A stretch of DNA of 64,000 nt from Candidatus Latescibacterota bacterium (GTDB lineage Bacteria > Latescibacterota > UBA2968). Shown one piece after another: positions 59,682 through 64,000 of the stretch. The notes under the pieces are model-generated. The model saw only the letters and a program-made list of their open reading frames with translations. It was not told the DNA's origin and made no database searches. The stretch covers positions 160,001 through 224,000 of the forward strand of contig OZ220741.1 in NCBI GenBank assembly GCA_965116885.1. Reading direction: 5' to 3'. The position numbers and the translations under genes were made by a program. Every line of letters starts with the position of its first letter. The stretch's first letter is position 1.

Positions 59682-62494
59682 AATTCACGCCCTTCCAATC
59701 CTCGCAACAAATCGCGCGCCTGCACATTGCCCGGCTCTCGCGCAATCACGCGCCGCAAAACCGCAATCGCACTATCTCGCTGCCCGCTTATGGCATAAGC
59801 CTGCCCCATAAACAACTCCAACCCCTGCGCTTCTGGCTCCAGCACCCACGCCTGTCGATACACAGACAGCGCACCTTCTAAATCGCCGCGCTCCTGTACA
59901 ACCGTACCCAGCACCGTAAGCGCAGGCACATAAAAAGAATCGACAATCAACGCATCCAGCAGGTGAGATTCCGCAACCTCTAACTCGCCCAAATCAGCGC
60001 GAATAAGCCCCTGCATCGCATACACATCAGCGCGGTTGGCATGGTATTTTTTCGCAACCTCAAAATGCGGCAACGCATCTGCCAGCGCACCCTGAACATA
60101 GACGCGGTGCCCAGCGGCAAAAGCCGAATCCGACTTTGCAATCCCCACATCTCGCGCCTGCCTGCCCAACCCAAACAATCCCGTACCCGCATCCTCCATT
60201 TCCAACGCCCTGCGGTATGCCGCGCGCGCCAATGCCCAATCGCCCGACAGCGCGTGTGCCGTCCCCTTTTCCACCCAATCGCCTATCGGCATCTCATCAA
60301 ACTCATAATCATCGCGTACCTCAACATCCCCAGCCGAAAACGCCAACAACGCGAGTTGTCGAATCGCCGGTTTGTATCCCGGCGCAACAGCAAGTGCGCG
60401 GCGATAGGCTTCAATAGCACCTGCGCGGTCTCTACTACCCCACAGCGCATTGCCCACAGCGGTATGCAAAACGGGCGAACCATCGCGCACATCGTCAAAA
60501 GCAACCGCGGCATCTACATAGCGACCATGGTGCAACAGCAATGCACCTGCGCGCAGTCGAGAAGTCAAATCATCCTTCCCCTTCAGCAACGCCCTCATCT
60601 GCTCAAAACGCTCCTGTTTTCCCTCCAATCGCGCCAGATCAGTCGCGGTCTCCGGATGCCGGGGGTCCAACTTTGCAACAATTTCAAATTCCCGCCTCGC
60701 ATCTTCAAAAAACCCCTGCGCCTCATACACCTGCCCCAAACTCTCGTGAAAGCCCGGGTCATCGCCCTGCACGCCATACACCACATCGCGATGCTCCTCA
60801 AGTGCCTTGCGAAACGCATCGCCCACAGCAGAACCATCCGGCAAATAGCCAATATCCATCAACGCGAACGGCGCTTGCACCCGCACAATGCGCGCCGAAT
60901 CGGACAACGCATCCAAAAGCGCGGGCAAACCGCGCACATCGCCCAAACGCCCCAGCGAAATCGCCGCTTTCATCCGCACCATCGCCTGCGAATCACCCAT
61001 CGCCTCAACCAGCACCGGCACCACACGCGCATCCCCCAAACCGCCCAGCAAAGACGCAGCCGTTGCACGCCACACCGCACTCTCTGCCCCGTCGTTTACC
61101 AACCGCGCCAACGGCACCACACCGCTGCCCTTTTGCCCATTGGCAATCGCCGTTGTACGCGCCACAATTTCGTCCTGATAATCACCATACCACTGCTTTG
61201 CCCACGACGAAGCCCATTGTGCGGACTTATCGCCGTGACACTGATTGCACGCATTGGGCACGCCATTGACCACCGTATTTTCCGGTGCAGGAGATGCAAT
61301 GCGGTGATCCGTCAGATTCTCCCCCGTCACATAGTGATACGGCATGTGACACTGCACGCATTGATTGCCCGCACTCCCCGCGCGGTGATGCCCATGCGCG
61401 ACCGGATCGGCTGCAATATCTTCATGACACGTTTCGCACAACCCCACGCCATTTCGATCCGCCACCAGATCGACATCGCGCGCTGTTCCGTGCGCGTCGT
61501 GGCACGTCGTACACGTCAACTCGCCCTGAATATAACACGCACTCATCAAATGCAATGCCGCGGGATACAAATAAACCCGGGGCTGTCCATCCGGATAAAA
61601 AATCGCCTCGTCATCTGGCAACACAAGAGAATAATAATCGTAAAAATTCTCACCTGGCAAATACCCGGTCGCCACAATTTCCTTGGCCGCATGACACTGG
61701 GCACACACCTCGACAGACCGTTCCTTGTCCAGCGACCGCAATAACAGCAAATGCAGCGGAGCATCGACTTGTCCGCGCGTCTCATCGTGTTTGCCCGACG
61801 GCCCATGGCACGCCTCGCAATCAATACTCAGACTGCCCACAGTCGTGCGATAAGACTGGGACGCCACATCGTAATGCTTTTGCACCCGGCTGGCATGGCA
61901 ATCAAAACAGTGAAAATTCCACGTGCGTCCCGCATTCGTCCAATAATAATAATCTTCTCTCGCCAAGGGCCGCGACTGAGCCACCACACCTCCTTCTTGA
62001 GCATCGACCCAATCATTTGTCGCGCCATCGTGATACAGCGGCAACACCTGCCATCGCCCATTGGGAAAAGCCGTCAAATAAGCCTGGTGCTGCCGCATGC
62101 CAATCGCGTAATCCACGCGATAAGCCCCCACTCGCCCTTCCTCATCCTCAGTCTGCATATAATACGCATCGCCCCTGCGAAACATGCGCGAACGCACACC
62201 GCCATACACATGGGACACATTGTCAAAATCGCCCACAATCGTCGAATCACTCGGCACAGTCATCGCGACACTGTGCAAACTCTGCCGCCACTCGGCATAC
62301 TTGTCGGTATGGCATGCCGCGCACCGTTCCACCCCGGTAAACCCCGGCTCAGAAGCGCGCACCAAATTGGGCACCTCGCGCTCCCGGCTGCACGACGCAA
62401 ACACCAGAATCACCCATAAAAAGCAACCACAGATGAACACCGATAAACACCGATAAAAAGCAAGATACAAGATGTGAAATTTTCTGCACCGCAT
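59678..62494 (-). CDS. Multiheme (8 CxxCH) cytochrome c lipoprotein with HEAT and TPR repeats
   Basis: VFAS-C lipobox-like; CAACH, CFDCH, CEACH, CAQCH, CTTCH, CETCH, CVQCH, CNQCH; HEAT repeats (VRMKAAISLG), then TPRs. Confidence 0.85.
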   Translation of the reverse strand: MRCRKFHILYLAFYRCLSVFICGCFLWVILVFASCSREREVPNLVRASEPGFTGVERCAACHTDKYAEWRQSLHSVAMTVPSDSTIVGDFDNVSHVYGGVRSRMFRRGDAYYMQTEDEEGRVGAYRVDYAIGMRQHQAYLTAFPNGRWQVLPLYHDGATNDWVDAQEGGVVAQSRPLAREDYYYWTNAGRTWNFHCFDCHASRVQKHYDVASQSYRTTVGSLSIDCEACHGPSGKHDETRGQVDAPLHLLLLRSLDKERSVEVCAQCHAAKEIVATGYLPGENFYDYYSLVLPDDEAIFYPDGQPRVYLYPAALHLMSACYIQGELTCTTCHDAHGTARDVDLVADRNGVGLCETCHEDIAADPVAHGHHRAGSAGNQCVQCHMPYHYVTGENLTDHRIASPAPENTVVNGVPNACNQCHGDKSAQWASSWAKQWYGDYQDEIVARTTAIANGQKGSGVVPLARLVNDGAESAVWRATAASLLGGLGDARVVPVLVEAMGDSQAMVRMKAAISLGRLGDVRGLPALLDALSDSARIVRVQAPFALMDIGYLPDGSAVGDAFRKALEEHRDVVYGVQGDDPGFHESLGQVYEAQGFFEDARREFEIVAKLDPRHPETATDLARLEGKQERFEQMRALLKGKDDLTSRLRAGALLLHHGRYVDAAVAFDDVRDGSPVLHTAVGNALWGSRDRAGAIEAYRRALAVAPGYKPAIRQLALLAFSAGDVEVRDDYEFDEMPIGDWVEKGTAHALSGDWALARAAYRRALEMEDAGTGLFGLGRQARDVGIAKSDSAFAAGHRVYVQGALADALPHFEVAKKYHANRADVYAMQGLIRADLGELEVAESHLLDALIVDSFYVPALTVLGTVVQERGDLEGALSVYRQAWVLEPEAQGLELFMGQAYAISGQRDSAIAVLRRVIAREPGNVQARDLLRGLEGREL
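62423..62454 (-). repeat. Decamer triplet inside the signal-peptide coding region
   Basis: Minus strand ATCGGTGTTTATCGGTGTTCATCTGTGGTTGC; same 3' end as the copy at 38661-38693. Confidence 0.8.
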
Positions 62495-62506
62495 AACACG
62501 TCCTGA

Positions 62507-63370
62507 CTAACGCGCCTGTACCTCTCCCCGCGCACACCGAAATCCGATATAAGCAAATATTTCGATATCAAAATCGTCGCGCGCCAGAGCCTGCTCTTCC
62601 ATAATCAAAACCGTACTCCGCACAAACACGCGGATACTGGGTTGTGGTGAAAACCAGCCCCCACCGCGAAGCGTGCGGTCTGGCCCATCTTCCATACCTG
62701 AATTTTGCAAATTCACCGGATTGTGCCTGGGGCTATTTGCGTAATACGTATGCTGGTATTCATCTATCGTCCACTCCCACACATTGCCCGCCATATCCAT
62801 CGCGCCATAAGGACTTGCACCATTCGGATAACTGCCCACAGGCATGGGACCCGAACTGAAATTGAAATTACACAGCGATTCACTCGCAGGCTCATTGCCC
62901 CAGGGAAACACCCGCCCATCCGTACCCGCAGCGGCCAACTCCCACTGCGCTTCACTCGGCAATTGCAAACCCGCCCACAGGCAATAATCTCGCGCCTGAG
63001 ACCACAAAACCCCCACCGCTGGCTGATCGGCTTGATCGAAACCCTCTACTTGAAAGTACAGCGGAGGTTCATTTCCCGTAGCCTCAACAAAAGCCAAATA
63101 CTGCGCGTTGGTCACCTCGTATTTATCGATATAAAAAGCGTCGAGCATCACCTCGTGCGGCGGACGCTCATTCGAAGGCCCATCGCTCGACCCCATCGTA
63201 AAAGTGCTGGCCGGAACAAAAACCTGCACATGCTCCGTACCCGCAGGCGTGGTCACAACAGATTCTTCAATCACATATTCTGGATCAGTCGCCTTGCTAC
63301 AAGCCATGACCAATGCAATACCCAAAATTCCAAAATAATAGATCGCTTTTGGTATCATTGCATTCTCCAT
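62507..63370 (-). CDS. Formylglycine-generating-enzyme-fold (SUMF1/NirV/PvdO-like) lipoprotein
   Basis: LVMA-C lipobox, FTMGS, EVTNAQY, LPSEAQWE, FPWG, DMAGNVWEW, RGGGW, IGFRC. Start at the TGATG overlap. Confidence 0.88.
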   Translation of the reverse strand: MENAMIPKAIYYFGILGIALVMACSKATDPEYVIEESVVTTPAGTEHVQVFVPASTFTMGSSDGPSNERPPHEVMLDAFYIDKYEVTNAQYLAFVEATGNEPPLYFQVEGFDQADQPAVGVLWSQARDYCLWAGLQLPSEAQWELAAAGTDGRVFPWGNEPASESLCNFNFSSGPMPVGSYPNGASPYGAMDMAGNVWEWTIDEYQHTYYANSPRHNPVNLQNSGMEDGPDRTLRGGGWFSPQPSIRVFVRSTVLIMEEQALARDDFDIEIFAYIGFRCARGEVQAR

Positions 63371-63999
63371 CACGTCCAAACAATATAATTGCCCGAATCC
63401 ACCATAATGCGATGCACATACGTCTCGATCATCGCGTGGTCCCGCTCGTGTTCTGTAGTGTCTATGCTAAAAGGCCGCAACACCGGAATTTGCATCTCTG
63501 GATCTGTCCAATCTTGCACATAAACCGAAGATTTCATACCGCTCAACACCACCTGAATATCGGTTATCAAATCATCCGTAAAATGATTGGGCAAATCCCA
63601 CAGTGCAATCTCGGCATTAAAAGTCTGCAAATCAGACACAAACCGCGTCTTGTGACTCTGAACAGTCTCATTAAACGCCCGCTGCAACGCGATGCGCCCG
63701 TCCAAATGCGTACACGTACGCACCAGAGGTCCCAAATCTTTGGGACATACCACCGCGTGAACCGTCGTCACCTTCTCATTCTCCCCCGGCACGGCCACAG
63801 CCAGCATCTTCTCTGCGACGCGAGGAGTAAAATCCGTTAAATTCGGATCGATAAATTGCCGGTGTTCCAATCCGGGCCAATAAAAATGCCTTCCCACATC
63901 CAGGTGTTCGTGCATCTCCAGCAAACCGTGAAACACGCACTCCAGCACAGTATTGCCCGCCGAAACGCCATTTGCCGAATCATTCAAATGCGGCACATC
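63370..63999 (-). CDS. YcaO-like protein, C-terminal part (5' end outside the window)
   Basis: SANGVSAGNT.LEC..HGLLE..EH resembles YcaO S.G.AAG...EA...LLE..ER; HLD..IALQRAFNE..Q; VQDWTDPE..IPV. The frame stays open to the window edge. Confidence 0.65.
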   Translation of the reverse strand, partial: DVPHLNDSANGVSAGNTVLECVFHGLLEMHEHLDVGRHFYWPGLEHRQFIDPNLTDFTPRVAEKMLAVAVPGENEKVTTVHAVVCPKDLGPLVRTCTHLDGRIALQRAFNETVQSHKTRFVSDLQTFNAEIALWDLPNHFTDDLITDIQVVLSGMKSSVYVQDWTDPEMQIPVLRPFSIDTTEHERDHAMIETYVHRIMVDSGNYIVWT

Positions 64000-64000
64000 C

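Noticed and set aside
58566..61744. 410-aa and 567-aa plus-strand ORFs
   Set aside because: Antisense shadows of the multiheme cytochromes.
62507..63370. Sulfatase-maturing FGE, or a DGR target with a variable repeat
   Set aside because: Lacks the catalytic Cys pair and is a lipoprotein; no reverse transcriptase or template repeat seen in the window.

Overview
Gene-dense bacterial chromosomal window with no rRNA, tRNA or CRISPR array seen. The gene content (Cys-type sulfatases, PhyH dioxygenase, CehA/McbA-like hydrolase, several TonB-dependent receptors, a PorV-like protein and a T9SS-type C-terminal domain) suggests a diderm FCB-superphylum organism such as Latescibacterota/KSB1-like; this is inference only. 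From left to right: (1) a sigma54-type promoter driving tolC, an IPCT/DIPPS-like fusion and mlaC; (2) a foreign-looking insert with a truncated TnpB, a TonB receptor/DUF4249 pair and a two-component system, with matching GTAAC-N5-GTAAC boxes upstream of both operons; (3) catabolic genes (sulfatases, iolD, PhyH); (4) a small defence/TA islet (AT-rich ApeA-like HEPN protein, hicB, frameshifted hicA, orphan YgiT finger); (5) a stand-alone infA with an Arg/Gly tail followed by a ~90-nt nested stem-loop; (6) HigBA, ABC exporters and a sugar-acid operon; (7) an OMP / TonB receptor / T9SS-CTD protein / PorV module; (8) a tightly coupled YcaO-like / FGE-fold lipoprotein / octaheme-HEAT-TPR / HAO-like octaheme operon running off the right edge. 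Intergenic DNA and gene ends carry several families of short tandem repeats and GTAG-type REP palindromes. All family assignments come from motif recognition by eye; no database searches were run.
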